In this document: one piece after another, positions 40,111 to 50,417 of the stretch | How the letters are laid out: each line of letters opens with the position of its first letter | Position numbering within the stretch: position 1 is the first letter of the stretch | NCBI GenBank assembly: GCA_038063375.1 | Contig: JBBTVG010000003.1 | Coordinates: 9,060-70,064, forward strand | Origin: Patescibacteria group bacterium | GTDB taxonomy: Bacteria > Patescibacteriota > Minisyncoccia > Phycocordibacterales > JANLHH01 | Direction: 5' to 3' | DNA length: 61,005 bases | Program-made: the position numbers and the translations under genes | Notes under the pieces: model-generated | Databases searched by the model: none | Told to the model about the DNA's origin: nothing | Seen by the model: the letters and a program-made list of their open reading frames with translations, nothing else

Positions 40111-42537
40111 ATGAAAGAAAAAGTGGCATACCTGTTTAATAAGAAAGTACTTTCGGGGGCAACGCTCCTCGTCGCTTCTTTCATGTTTGCCAACGTGCTC
40201 AATTTTCTCTTCAACGCGTTTTTGGGAAGGGAACTCTCCGCGGAAGATTTTGGCCTGATAACCGTTTTGAACACTATTGTCTACCTCACAAGTCTTTTTA
40301 TCGGCGGTGTGGGGACGACCGTTAACCACCGTACGGCTTATATTTCTGGACGCCAAAACCCTTCGGCAGGTGTCGCGTTTCTCTACCGCGTCCGGCAATA
40401 CGGTTTTCTCATCACCATCGCGCTCTCGCTCTTGTGGGTCGCTCTCCTGCCTTCCATCGCGCATTTCTTTCAGATTGACCGTTTGGACCTTCTCTTTTAT
40501 TTCACGCCGATCATTACCTTGGGCGTCTTAGTGTCAGCCAATAGGGGGTTCTTGCAGGGTAATTTCAAATTTATCGCGCTTGCGTTCATTGTGGCGTTGG
40601 AAGCGGCAAGCAAACTGCTCTTTGCCATATTGTTTGTGTATGCCGGAGCGTACGCGTGGGTGGCGCTCTCCATACCGCTTTCCACCGCGGTCGCGTTCCT
40701 CCTCTCTTCCATCTTAGCGCGTAAATATATCCATGTATTCACCGCAGAAAAAGAAGAAGAGACGAACATCCCCTTTCACTTTCCCGGCCGATTTTACGTC
40801 GCGGCGGTGTTCACCGGTTTGGCAACAGCGGGGTTTTTGAGCGTTGACATCATATTCGCGAAGCATTATCTGACCCCTATTGTCGCGGGAGAGTACGCTT
40901 TGCTATCTCTCGTCGGCAAGATGATATTTTTCTTTGGTTCTCTTTTGACTCCTTTTATTATTACCTTTGTGAGTCGTGCCGAAGGGGAAGGAAAAGACCC
41001 CAACACGACCTTCTACGCGCTTTTTGCCGGTATTCTCCTCTTAGTCGGAGGCGCCTTTGTCGCGCTCGGCCCCTTGGGTGACTTTTTTGTTCCACTGCTT
41101 TTTGGTGCCAAAGCAGAACCGATCCTTCCATACCTTGTTAAGTATTCACTCGGCATCATGCTCTTCACTCTCGGGAATGCCATTGTGATATACCATTTGG
41201 CGCGCAAACATTATATTTTTCCGGTGTTGGCGTTTTGTACGGCAATCGTTTTGTCCGTCGGCATCATATGGTCGCACGACTCCATCGGCGCCATTACCCA
41301 CGTACTGCTTTTGGTAAGCAGTGTGAATTTGATGGTCATATTGATCCTTCACGCGTTCCAGAGAAATGAAAAATTCTTCCTCGCAAACATGGTAGACCTT
41401 TTGAATGTATTGTATCCGCTCCACTCACTCCACACCGCATCCAGCGTCGGTAAAAAGATATTGATATTCAACTGGCGCGACACCAAACACGTATTTGCCG
41501 GAGGAGCAGAGCTCTATGTGCATGAGCTTGCGAAACGATGGGTGAAAAACGGAAACAGCGTCACTGTCTTTGCCGGCAACGACAGAAAAAATACCCGATA
41601 CGACCTCGTGGACGGCGTGCATATCGTCAGGAGAGGCGGGTTCTACACAGTCTATGCCTGGGCGTTTATCTACTATCTGATACAGTTCAGAGGAAAGTTT
41701 GATGTGATCATTGACGCGCAAAACGGTATTCCATTTTTCACGCCACTGTACGCGAAAGAGCCCGTGTATGCACTCCTTCACCATGTACACCAAGATGTTT
41801 TCTATAAATATCTTCCCTTGCCGCTCGCATTTTTCGCCGCTTCTCTTGAAAAATATCTCATGCCATTCGTGTATAGAAATACGCGCTTTATCACCGTATC
41901 AGAATCATCACGACAAGACATGATTCGACTCGGTATCACCAAAGCAAGCATTCAAGTGGTAAATCCCGGCGTTGATCTGGATAGTCTTACACCCGGAGAA
42001 AAAAGTTCTACGCCCGTTATTTTCTCAATTGGACGGCTGAAGGCGTATAAATCCATTGACGTGCTGGTAAGGGCGTTCAAAAAAGTGATCATTGCAGTGC
42101 CAACAGCACAGCTTGTCATCGCGGGAGACGGCGAAGAAAAAGAAACTTTGCGCGCGCTTGCGGAAGAGCTTGGTCTCAAACTCAAGGTGAAATTTCTGGG
42201 AAAGATATCCGAGAGAGAGAAACTCGCTTGGTTTCAAAAAGCATGGGTATTCGTGAATCCATCCATGATGGAGGGGTGGGGAATCACCACCATTGAGGCA
42301 AATGCCTGCGGGGTGCCGGTCGTGGCATCTGACATACCGGGACTTCGCGACTCGGTACAAAACCCGCATACGGGATTTCTAGTGCCTTATGGCGATACTG
42401 AAGCGTTTGCGAGAAAAATTGTGCTTTTATGCACGGACAACACGACCCGAGAAAAAATGGGCTCGGCCGGGCTCGCCTGGGCGCAAAACTTCGGATGGAA
42501 CAGCGCCACAGAAAAGTTTTTAAAGATACTCATATGA
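40111..42537 (+). CDS. fusion of a Wzx/MOP-type oligosaccharide flippase and a GT4 glycosyltransferase
   Basis: The N-terminal part is about 420 aa and polytopic (LLVASFMFANVLNFLFNAFLGRELS...). The C-terminal GT-B part has ILIFNWRD...GGAELYVHELA and EGWGITTIEANACGVPVVASD. Confidence 0.7.
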   Translation: MKEKVAYLFNKKVLSGATLLVASFMFANVLNFLFNAFLGRELSAEDFGLITVLNTIVYLTSLFIGGVGTTVNHRTAYISGRQNPSAGVAFLYRVRQYGFLITIALSLLWVALLPSIAHFFQIDRLDLLFYFTPIITLGVLVSANRGFLQGNFKFIALAFIVALEAASKLLFAILFVYAGAYAWVALSIPLSTAVAFLLSSILARKYIHVFTAEKEEETNIPFHFPGRFYVAAVFTGLATAGFLSVDIIFAKHYLTPIVAGEYALLSLVGKMIFFFGSLLTPFIITFVSRAEGEGKDPNTTFYALFAGILLLVGGAFVALGPLGDFFVPLLFGAKAEPILPYLVKYSLGIMLFTLGNAIVIYHLARKHYIFPVLAFCTAIVLSVGIIWSHDSIGAITHVLLLVSSVNLMVILILHAFQRNEKFFLANMVDLLNVLYPLHSLHTASSVGKKILIFNWRDTKHVFAGGAELYVHELAKRWVKNGNSVTVFAGNDRKNTRYDLVDGVHIVRRGGFYTVYAWAFIYYLIQFRGKFDVIIDAQNGIPFFTPLYAKEPVYALLHHVHQDVFYKYLPLPLAFFAASLEKYLMPFVYRNTRFITVSESSRQDMIRLGITKASIQVVNPGVDLDSLTPGEKSSTPVIFSIGRLKAYKSIDVLVRAFKKVIIAVPTAQLVIAGDGEEKETLRALAEELGLKLKVKFLGKISEREKLAWFQKAWVFVNPSMMEGWGITTIEANACGVPVVASDIPGLRDSVQNPHTGFLVPYGDTEAFARKIVLLCTDNTTREKMGSAGLAWAQNFGWNSATEKFLKILI

Positions 42538-43517
42538 ATACGAAGAATCAAAAAAAACTTGAAGTCTCAATAGGAATTCCCGCGTATAACGAGGAAGCAA
42601 ATATTGGCTACCTTTTGCACGCACTCTTGGCACAAAAAGAAAAAAATTTCACGTTAAAAGAGATTATTGTTGTTTCCGACGGGAGTACCGACAAAACAGC
42701 AGAAATTACCCGCTCTTTCACTGACATTCGCATACGTCTCATTGTTAATAAATCGAGAAAGGGTCAAGTAAGTGCACAAAATATAATCTTCACGATTGCA
42801 AAATCCGATGTCGTTGTCCTCCTTGAGGCGGATACTATTCCGTTGGATATTAACTATCTTGCACGACTCATTGAACCAATCGTTGTTGATAACAAAATAG
42901 GGCTTGTGCAAGGTAATTTGACTCCACTCCCTGCTCGCACATCGTTTGGCTCTGTATTAAAAGCACAGACTGATATTTACCACAATTTATCAATAAAAGA
43001 TCGTGATGTTTCCCAATGGATAACATCAGGGCGAGGCGGGCGGGTATTTGCACGACACGTATATGAAAAATTACGTTGGCCAAATGCAGTACCAGAAGAT
43101 TCGTATGCTCTTCTTTGGTGTCGTTCACGTGGTATTCCCACTGTTTTTCAAAAATCAGCCGTGTGTAATTTCTGCTGTCCCGAGACATTTTCAGATTTGT
43201 TGAAAACGCGAGCAAAGATCATGAGTGGGAAGAAATCTCTCGAAAAATATTTCGACAGGGATACTATAGAAAAAATCTACAACCGACCACGACATTTGCG
43301 TATGCGTATGTTTGCAGAGTTTATACTAAAATACCCTTTCTACGCTATTTACTATCTATGGTTACTAGTCGCGCTTAAATTTTTTCAAAACAGTAAACCA
43401 TTCAGTGATTTTTCGGAGATGACTATTTCAACAAAAAATCTTAATATTATAAGCGGTGTTTCAAAATTCAACCCGCTCCATGAACCCTATATGCCATCAA
43501 AAAAAATATATGGATGA
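42534..43517 (+). CDS. GT2 glycosyltransferase (tandem paralog 1)
   Basis: VSIGIPAYNEEANIGYLL...IIVVSDGSTDKT. ATGA overlap with the previous stop. The track's start at 42429 is rejected. Confidence 0.8.
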   Translation: MNTKNQKKLEVSIGIPAYNEEANIGYLLHALLAQKEKNFTLKEIIVVSDGSTDKTAEITRSFTDIRIRLIVNKSRKGQVSAQNIIFTIAKSDVVVLLEADTIPLDINYLARLIEPIVVDNKIGLVQGNLTPLPARTSFGSVLKAQTDIYHNLSIKDRDVSQWITSGRGGRVFARHVYEKLRWPNAVPEDSYALLWCRSRGIPTVFQKSAVCNFCCPETFSDLLKTRAKIMSGKKSLEKYFDRDTIEKIYNRPRHLRMRMFAEFILKYPFYAIYYLWLLVALKFFQNSKPFSDFSEMTISTKNLNIISGVSKFNPLHEPYMPSKKIYG

Positions 43518-44439
43518 TAAAAATAACAAATTAAAAGTTTCCATCGGTATCCCGGCTTACAATGAGGCTGGGAACATTGCCGTTCTTCTTGCATCAATAC
43601 TGAAGCAAGATTCTCCAAATTTCACCCTGCAGGAAATAATTATAGTTTCCGATGGGAGCACGGACGAAACTGTTGCAAAGGTGAGGACAGTCAATGACCC
43701 GAGAATTAAGATTTGGGAATACAAAGAGCGTATAGGGAAGTCGCAACACCTAAACACCATTTTCCGAAAGGCAAAAGGGGATATTATTGTCTTATTTGAT
43801 GCAGACGTAGTCTTGACGCACAAGAACGTCATCGCAAAGCTTATCACTCCTTTACTCAATAATACCAAAGTTGGCCTTGTTGGCGGCAACCCGCAACCAA
43901 CAACCGCAAAAACGTTTATTGAAAAAGGGGTGAATGCCACATTTCGAGCGTACAGCCCTCTTCGCACAATTTTAAAAAATGGTAATAATGCATTTGGTTG
44001 TGACGGAAGAATTTTGGCACTTTCAAAAGTTTTTGCGGATGCCGTGACTGTTCCCGGGGATATGATCGCGAACGATGCTTTTCTTTACTTTTCGTGTATC
44101 ACAAAGGGGTTTTTGTTCCGCCATGTGTCTGGAGCGCAAGTTTGGTTTACTTCTCCAAAAAATATCAAAGATCAGGTCAAGCAAAACAAACGTTTTATCG
44201 CAAGCCACTATCGTCTTGAACGAATATTCGGTCCCGTAGTCCCGGCTGAATACCATGTGCCAACATTTCTTGCGTACAAACTTCAATTGAGAGAATTTGT
44301 TAGAGCGCCGTTCTCAAGTCTGGCAGTTTTTCTCATTAATCTTTACTGTAAAGCACGCGCAAAAAGGGATGAGAAAAAGATGAATGCAAAATGGCTTATG
44401 GCGCATAGCACCAAAGAAGAGATTGCGGCTTATTTTTAA
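43510..44439 (+). CDS. GT2 glycosyltransferase (tandem paralog 2)
   Basis: VSIGIPAYNEAGNIAVLL...IIIVSDGSTDET. It overlaps the previous gene by 8 nt. Confidence 0.8.
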   Translation: MDDKNNKLKVSIGIPAYNEAGNIAVLLASILKQDSPNFTLQEIIIVSDGSTDETVAKVRTVNDPRIKIWEYKERIGKSQHLNTIFRKAKGDIIVLFDADVVLTHKNVIAKLITPLLNNTKVGLVGGNPQPTTAKTFIEKGVNATFRAYSPLRTILKNGNNAFGCDGRILALSKVFADAVTVPGDMIANDAFLYFSCITKGFLFRHVSGAQVWFTSPKNIKDQVKQNKRFIASHYRLERIFGPVVPAEYHVPTFLAYKLQLREFVRAPFSSLAVFLINLYCKARAKRDEKKMNAKWLMAHSTKEEIAAYF

Positions 44440-44444
44440 TCAGG

Positions 44445-45650
44445 ATGAGTATGAACATATTAATTCCCAACGCAACAGGACCAAACAATATCGGAGATCA
44501 AGCTGCTTTACGCGCATTGATCTCCTTACTGCGCGCGAAACACAAAGAGGCGGCTATTATAATTCATAGTTCCAATCCCGAATTATATCGCAAAAAAATC
44601 GCTGACAAAGTGCTGCCCCATCTGTATTTTTGGTCCGTTTTTCAAAATTTAAATCCTTTCGTGAGGATGTTTCGTCTTATTCAGCTTATTCTTCAATACA
44701 TTCTTATTCGTTTCAATGTTCGGTCTGGTTTGGCAGAGCAAACACTCGTAGACATACTCAAGGATTATCGCAGGGCTGATCTCATTGTTTTTGTTGGGGG
44801 TGGTTATTTCAGGTCAAATAAAGGGGTAACGCAGTCGCTTAATCTTTTGATGATTCTTTCATTATTCTTATTTGCCAAGCTTTTTTCGGTAAGAAAAATC
44901 GTAGCACCGATGGGTTTTGGTCCTTTTGCATATCATTGGCAGGAGCGACTTGTAGTAAATGTTTTGCGAGGTTTTGACATCATTTCAGCGCGCGAAAATA
45001 TTTCTTTTGATCTTCTTCGGAAGCATCAGATTGATAATGTTATTCTATCAATAGATCATGCGCTTCTCTTGAGGGGTGCCATTCACAAGAAAGAATCTTC
45101 TGATTTTATCCTTGGTTTTACCTTGCGTAAGTGGCTTGATAAAAAGAAGTGGGAGCAATTTGAAGATCAATTTCTAAATGCAATGGAATATTTCAGTAAA
45201 GATAAAAACATTCTTTTTCAGCCCATCGTCCAAGTACGGGGTATTAAATATGGGGAATTTGATATCTCTATCACGCAACGAATGTCTGCGTTATTGGGAA
45301 AAAGAGGGTTCCGCGCACTTCCAATTAAAGAGGTTGAAAATGTCGATGAGGCACTTTTAGCATACGCTAATATGGATTTATTGCTTGGTATGCGCATGCA
45401 CTCCAATATACTTGCAGCTCTCTCCGGAACACCCTTTGTGGCAATTTCGTATGAACATAAAACCGAAGGCATTGCGGAATTATTGGGGATGAAGGAATAT
45501 TCTATTCCTTGTAATAAAATCAGCGCGGGAAGTTTATTTGAGCTTTTAGAACGTGCGTACCAGTCACGTGATGAGTTGAGTAAAAAATTAACCGCACGGA
45601 TTGATCAGATACGGAAAGAAGAGACTAAACGTTGGCACGAGATATTATAA
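44445..45650 (+). CDS. polysaccharide pyruvyl transferase family protein
   Basis: N-terminal NATGPNNIGDQAAL and C-terminal RMHSNILAALSGTPFVAISYEHKTEG segments. Confidence 0.7.
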   Translation: MSMNILIPNATGPNNIGDQAALRALISLLRAKHKEAAIIIHSSNPELYRKKIADKVLPHLYFWSVFQNLNPFVRMFRLIQLILQYILIRFNVRSGLAEQTLVDILKDYRRADLIVFVGGGYFRSNKGVTQSLNLLMILSLFLFAKLFSVRKIVAPMGFGPFAYHWQERLVVNVLRGFDIISARENISFDLLRKHQIDNVILSIDHALLLRGAIHKKESSDFILGFTLRKWLDKKKWEQFEDQFLNAMEYFSKDKNILFQPIVQVRGIKYGEFDISITQRMSALLGKRGFRALPIKEVENVDEALLAYANMDLLLGMRMHSNILAALSGTPFVAISYEHKTEGIAELLGMKEYSIPCNKISAGSLFELLERAYQSRDELSKKLTARIDQIRKEETKRWHEIL

Positions 45651-45664
45651 ATACCACTATTTAT

Positions 45665-47716
45665 ATGAAAAAAACTGTATCAATCGGCATTCCGGCATAT
45701 AACGAAGAAGGAAATATCGGGCATCTTATTAACGCACTCCTGAAGCAGAAAGGGGATAATTTCACACTGAAAGAGATCATTATCATCTCGGACGCAAGCA
45801 ACGACAAGACTGCGGAGACAGTGAAAAGCATATCCGATGAACGCATCATATTTAGTGAGAACAAGGAGCGTATCGGGCAAGCTTTGAGCCAAAACCTAAT
45901 CCTCGAGCAATTTACAGGGGATATACTCATTTTTTTAAATGCGGATGTTTTGCCCGTAGATGAATATTTTATTCAAGAAATGACCCAACCATTTTACAAA
46001 GATCCTCGGATCGGAATCGTATCTTCGCGAGAAATTCCCCTTGATCCGCAAATTTTTTTTGAAAGGATCATCCACTATGGTTTCATGCTTAAGACGCGTA
46101 TTTTCGAACAGAAAAACCATGCTCAAAACATGTACCTTTGCCGTGGTTCAAATCGGGCATTTTCAAGTGAATTTGTAAAACAAATGAAATGGCCCAGTGC
46201 TGTCGGAGAAGACGTCTATTCTTATTTTCAGTGTCTAGAAAAAGGATATACTTTTTCCTACATTACCATGACCGGAGTTCGCCTGAAACTTCCGGATAAT
46301 TTTAAGGATCATTTGCAACAAAGCGCTCGTTATGTTGTATCGGAGAAAGCGATGCTCGATTATTTCCAAAAAGATTCCATAAAACAAGAATACAAGATAC
46401 CGGTAAACATGCTGTTAAAAACCGTCATACCGTCGATTTTTAAACATCCGATATTTTTTTCCTACTATTTCCTGATATTTATAGCTACGCGAATCTACCC
46501 CAAGAAGAACAGATTCGGCAATAGTAAATGGGAGATTTCAAAATCTTCTAAAATTCTTATTAAAAAAGAATCTTTTGATATTAATATAGATGGAGAAGTT
46601 AGGCAAAAAATGAAAATTGCAATTCTCGATATGGATAATCTCAGAAATCCACATTGGAAAGGTGGCCAAGCAAGAGTTACATGGCAAATTGGAAGGCGCT
46701 TGGCCCAAAAAGGGCACGAAGTAGTAGTTTTTTGCTCCAAATATCGTACGTACAAGGATTACACCGAGGATGGAATCATTTACAAACATGTTGGTCTAGT
46801 TAGCAAAAATCCTCAGTTAACTAATTTCGTGTTTCTTTTAATACTTCCTTTTATCGTGAGAAAAATAAAAGCAGATATTATCTTAGAAAATTTTACGGCT
46901 CCAATTGCAACATGTTTCTCACCACTGTTTACAAAAATTCCAGTTATATTTACTACGCCATTTCTTAATCCAGGGTCAATGGAAAAAAGATACAAATTGC
47001 CCTTCAGTAAGATAATGAACTTCGGTCTTAAATTTTACAAATATGGCATACCACTTACCGTTGAGCAAGAAAATATCATCAAAAAAATTAATCCTCAGAT
47101 CAAAACAAAGGTAATAGGAAACGCTGTTGAAAGTAGTTATTTTACCTACCCAACAGAAGAAAAAAATTACATTCTCTTTTTTGGTAGACTGGATATAAAG
47201 CCAAAAGGTTTAGATATTCTCCTGAAGGCATTTAGTCTGGTGTGCGGACAAATTCCAGAAAGCCTTTATATCATGGGGTCAGGCACGGAAACTAATCTTG
47301 CCTCTCTTAAGCAGATGATTAATAGCTATGATATTAATAGCCGAGTAAAATTACTAGGACACCTCGAAGGTACGGAAAAAGAACGGTATATTGCCGAATC
47401 TAAGTTTATAGCTGCACCCTCGCAGTTTGAGGGGCAATCGTTAAGTATGATAGAGTCAATGGCTCTCGGCAAAGCTGTAGTTTGTTTTGATATTTCAGGG
47501 TCTAAGTGGGCAGGAGATAATTGCTTTAGAGTAAAAAAAATAACTTGCGAGGCATTTGCGGAGGAAATGGTACGGGCTTCAAAAAACAATACCGAGAGGC
47601 AGGAGATAGGAAAAAATGCGAGGGTGTTTGTTAAAAATTATAACTGGGATGAGAGCGCTAAATCATATGAAAATTTCATGAAAGAGGTGATAAAAGAACC
47701 AGTAAGGTTAGGATGA
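45665..47716 (+). CDS. GT2-GT4 fusion glycosyltransferase
   Basis: The N-domain VSIGIPAYNEEGNIGHLI...IIIISDASNDKT is paralogous to the two preceding GT2 genes. The C-domain has MKIAILDMDN...KGHEVVVF and EGQSLSMIESMALGKAVVCFD. Confidence 0.75.
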   Translation: MKKTVSIGIPAYNEEGNIGHLINALLKQKGDNFTLKEIIIISDASNDKTAETVKSISDERIIFSENKERIGQALSQNLILEQFTGDILIFLNADVLPVDEYFIQEMTQPFYKDPRIGIVSSREIPLDPQIFFERIIHYGFMLKTRIFEQKNHAQNMYLCRGSNRAFSSEFVKQMKWPSAVGEDVYSYFQCLEKGYTFSYITMTGVRLKLPDNFKDHLQQSARYVVSEKAMLDYFQKDSIKQEYKIPVNMLLKTVIPSIFKHPIFFSYYFLIFIATRIYPKKNRFGNSKWEISKSSKILIKKESFDINIDGEVRQKMKIAILDMDNLRNPHWKGGQARVTWQIGRRLAQKGHEVVVFCSKYRTYKDYTEDGIIYKHVGLVSKNPQLTNFVFLLILPFIVRKIKADIILENFTAPIATCFSPLFTKIPVIFTTPFLNPGSMEKRYKLPFSKIMNFGLKFYKYGIPLTVEQENIIKKINPQIKTKVIGNAVESSYFTYPTEEKNYILFFGRLDIKPKGLDILLKAFSLVCGQIPESLYIMGSGTETNLASLKQMINSYDINSRVKLLGHLEGTEKERYIAESKFIAAPSQFEGQSLSMIESMALGKAVVCFDISGSKWAGDNCFRVKKITCEAFAEEMVRASKNNTERQEIGKNARVFVKNYNWDESAKSYENFMKEVIKEPVRLG

Positions 47717-47737
47717 TGCTATAATTCAAGAAAATAT

Positions 47738-48892
47738 ATGACAATTTGTTATTTTGGAGCATACGACAAAACATATTCAAAAGATAAAATTAACTTAGAC
47801 GGCCTTAAAAAGGTAGGGGTTAATATTGTTGAGTGCAATATAAAAAAACCACCAGTTAAATTTACATCAAAAATTTATTTTGCCTTTTTCACCATTCTCC
47901 ATCCATTTACATTACCTTTTCGGAACATTTACGGGCTCGTGAAGGGAATTTATCTTTTTATTGTTACCCCCTATGACGTTATTTTGGTTGGACATCCGGG
48001 TCATTTTGATGTACCTGCTGCCTATCTATTGGCAAAAATAATTCGAAAGCCCTTGATATTTGATACAGTCCTCTCACTTTATGATGTTTTTGTGAACGAG
48101 AAAAAACTAATAAAGAAAGATTCCACTAAGGGAAAACTTTTATTTGCTGCAGAAAAAATAATATATTCTCTTTGTGATGTGATACTTGTAATAAGTAGGC
48201 AAGAAAAAGTATTCTTTGAAAAGCTGTTTACATTGCCATCTTCAAAAATAGATATTTCATATTTGGGTGCCGATGATGGCATATATTATGTGCGCCCAGA
48301 ATCAAAGTTTGATACTCAAGGGAAGTTTATTATTGCATTTTACGGTTTTCACGCTCCTTTGCACGGCGTTCCATATATTATGAGGAGCGCGAAAATATGC
48401 GAGAAAGATCCTTCAATTCAATACCTTTTTATTGGTGCCGCAGGACAAACCTATGAGTCTGACATTCTCCTCTCCCAGGAACTTGGTTTGCAAAATGTCT
48501 CATTCTTGAAACTCAGCGAAACAACAGGGGCAATTGATGTGTTGAGTAAGGCTGATATAGTATTGGGTGTTTTTGAAAATATGGCAACCGGGTTAAGGGC
48601 AATCCCTAATAAAATTTTTCAGGGATTGGCGATGGAAAAACCTGTCATAACGGCCAAAAGCGATGGCATTTTAGAGCTATTCACTCACGGAAAAAATATT
48701 TACCTTTGTAATACAGCTGACCCTCAATCACTAGCAAACGCAATTCTTGAGCTTAAAAGTAATAAGCAATTAAGGAACACTATTGCAGAAAATGGGTACA
48801 AGTTGTACCGTGAGCAATTCACTTGCGAAGCCGTAGCAAGAAATATTGTGAAAATTTGCAAGAGAGTCATTCAACAAAAATATGAAAAATAA
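47738..48892 (+). CDS. GT4 (GT-B fold) glycosyltransferase
   Basis: The C-terminal segment IPNKIFQGLAMEKPVITAK is typical of GT-B enzymes. Confidence 0.65.
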   Translation: MTICYFGAYDKTYSKDKINLDGLKKVGVNIVECNIKKPPVKFTSKIYFAFFTILHPFTLPFRNIYGLVKGIYLFIVTPYDVILVGHPGHFDVPAAYLLAKIIRKPLIFDTVLSLYDVFVNEKKLIKKDSTKGKLLFAAEKIIYSLCDVILVISRQEKVFFEKLFTLPSSKIDISYLGADDGIYYVRPESKFDTQGKFIIAFYGFHAPLHGVPYIMRSAKICEKDPSIQYLFIGAAGQTYESDILLSQELGLQNVSFLKLSETTGAIDVLSKADIVLGVFENMATGLRAIPNKIFQGLAMEKPVITAKSDGILELFTHGKNIYLCNTADPQSLANAILELKSNKQLRNTIAENGYKLYREQFTCEAVARNIVKICKRVIQQKYEK

Positions 48893-50417
48893 ACTCGCCA
48901 TCATTTTTATAGTGTTGATCGCAGCGTCTCTATATGCGCTTACTTTGCATGGCGTTCCCGGTAATCCAGGGCCGGCGCTTATTAAAGACAACCTTGACCA
49001 GGCAACCAAACCGTTTGAACTTTCTCCCGAGCGAGGGCGATACGCGCATGTCGTTGCATTAGCCGAAACTGGTCACTACGAGTTGAGTCAAGAATGGGCG
49101 AATGCCGTATATCCGGATGTTGGGTATGTAAACGGCAAGTTCTACAGTTTCTTTGCACCGGGAATATCTTACATGGCGGCACCGTTCTATTTGCTCGGTA
49201 AAAATTACGACCTTGCGCAAGTATTCACGTTCGGGTTTGTTTCCCTTATGAGCATTCTTGCGATGATATTTCTCTATAAAATCGCGAGGGAAATATTGTT
49301 ATTTCCTGTCTGGGTGTCTCTTTTTTCGGTGTTGGTATTTGCGTTTGGTTCCACAGCGTGGAGTTACGCGATAACGCTCTATCAACACCATGTAACGCTC
49401 TTTTTCATGCTCTCTTCTTTTTATGCCGTGTGGAAATATCGCGCAGGCGGTGTGGCAAGCATCTTCTGGGCGATATTTGTCTGGGTTCAATACGCTCTCG
49501 CCATATCCATAGATTATCCCAATGCCATTCTCATGCTTCCCGTCATGATCTATTTCCTTGCTTCTTCGTTCCAAATCGTAACAAAAGAGCGGGAATACAA
49601 GGTCAAATTTAAACTCGCCATTCTCTACACATTTCTTGTTTTTATCGTGATATCGGGTTTCCACGCTTATCACAACGAACATTATTTCGGCAGCTGGAAA
49701 GCGGTAAGCGGCGGTATTCCTGGGTATAAAACTATTCTTGAACAAAATATTTTCGCGCAAGAAAATGCGGAAGCGGAAATAAAACGACTGCATCAAGAAA
49801 AAAAGATCGTAGGATTTTTTAAAGAAGTGAACGTACCGCGAAGTTTTTACGCGCTTACAGTTTCTCCAGATAGAGGAATAGCACTCTATGTTCCTATACT
49901 CCTTCTTGGATTATTGGGAATATATCGTATGCGCAAAACACTGACACCCGAGATAGTCACGCTCCTTGGGCTCATCGGTGTCAATTTCTTTTTTTACAGC
50001 AGTTGGGGCGACCCGTGGGGTGGATGGGCATACGGCCCGCGCTATCTCATACCTTCCATGGCAATATTGTCACTTTTTGTCGCGTTGTGGCTTGCTCGCG
50101 GTAAATGGGAGATCTCAAAAAAGTTCTTAGTATTCGTTTTGTTCGCTTATTCAAGCGCTATCGCGCTTCTCGGTGCTTTGACCACCAACGCAGTTCCGCC
50201 GAAAATTGAAGCGGACTTTCTTGGACTGAAATATAATTTTCTCTATAACTTGGATTTCTTTCTTGACGGCAAGAGCGGAAGTTTTCTCTATAATACGTAT
50301 TTTGCGCACTCTATCAGCTTACAAAATTATTTTCTTCTGATTTACGTGGCGCTTCTCGTTGTGGTAACCGTCATTCTCTTTATCGTGCCTCTTTTTGAAA
50401 CCAAACATGAATCTTAG
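48882..50417 (+). CDS. polytopic membrane protein, GT-C fold (ArnT/PMT-like) glycosyltransferase candidate
   Basis: About 12 TM helices with an extracytoplasmic first loop. It overlaps the previous stop. Confidence 0.5.
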   Translation: MKNKLAIIFIVLIAASLYALTLHGVPGNPGPALIKDNLDQATKPFELSPERGRYAHVVALAETGHYELSQEWANAVYPDVGYVNGKFYSFFAPGISYMAAPFYLLGKNYDLAQVFTFGFVSLMSILAMIFLYKIAREILLFPVWVSLFSVLVFAFGSTAWSYAITLYQHHVTLFFMLSSFYAVWKYRAGGVASIFWAIFVWVQYALAISIDYPNAILMLPVMIYFLASSFQIVTKEREYKVKFKLAILYTFLVFIVISGFHAYHNEHYFGSWKAVSGGIPGYKTILEQNIFAQENAEAEIKRLHQEKKIVGFFKEVNVPRSFYALTVSPDRGIALYVPILLLGLLGIYRMRKTLTPEIVTLLGLIGVNFFFYSSWGDPWGGWAYGPRYLIPSMAILSLFVALWLARGKWEISKKFLVFVLFAYSSAIALLGALTTNAVPPKIEADFLGLKYNFLYNLDFFLDGKSGSFLYNTYFAHSISLQNYFLLIYVALLVVVTVILFIVPLFETKHES

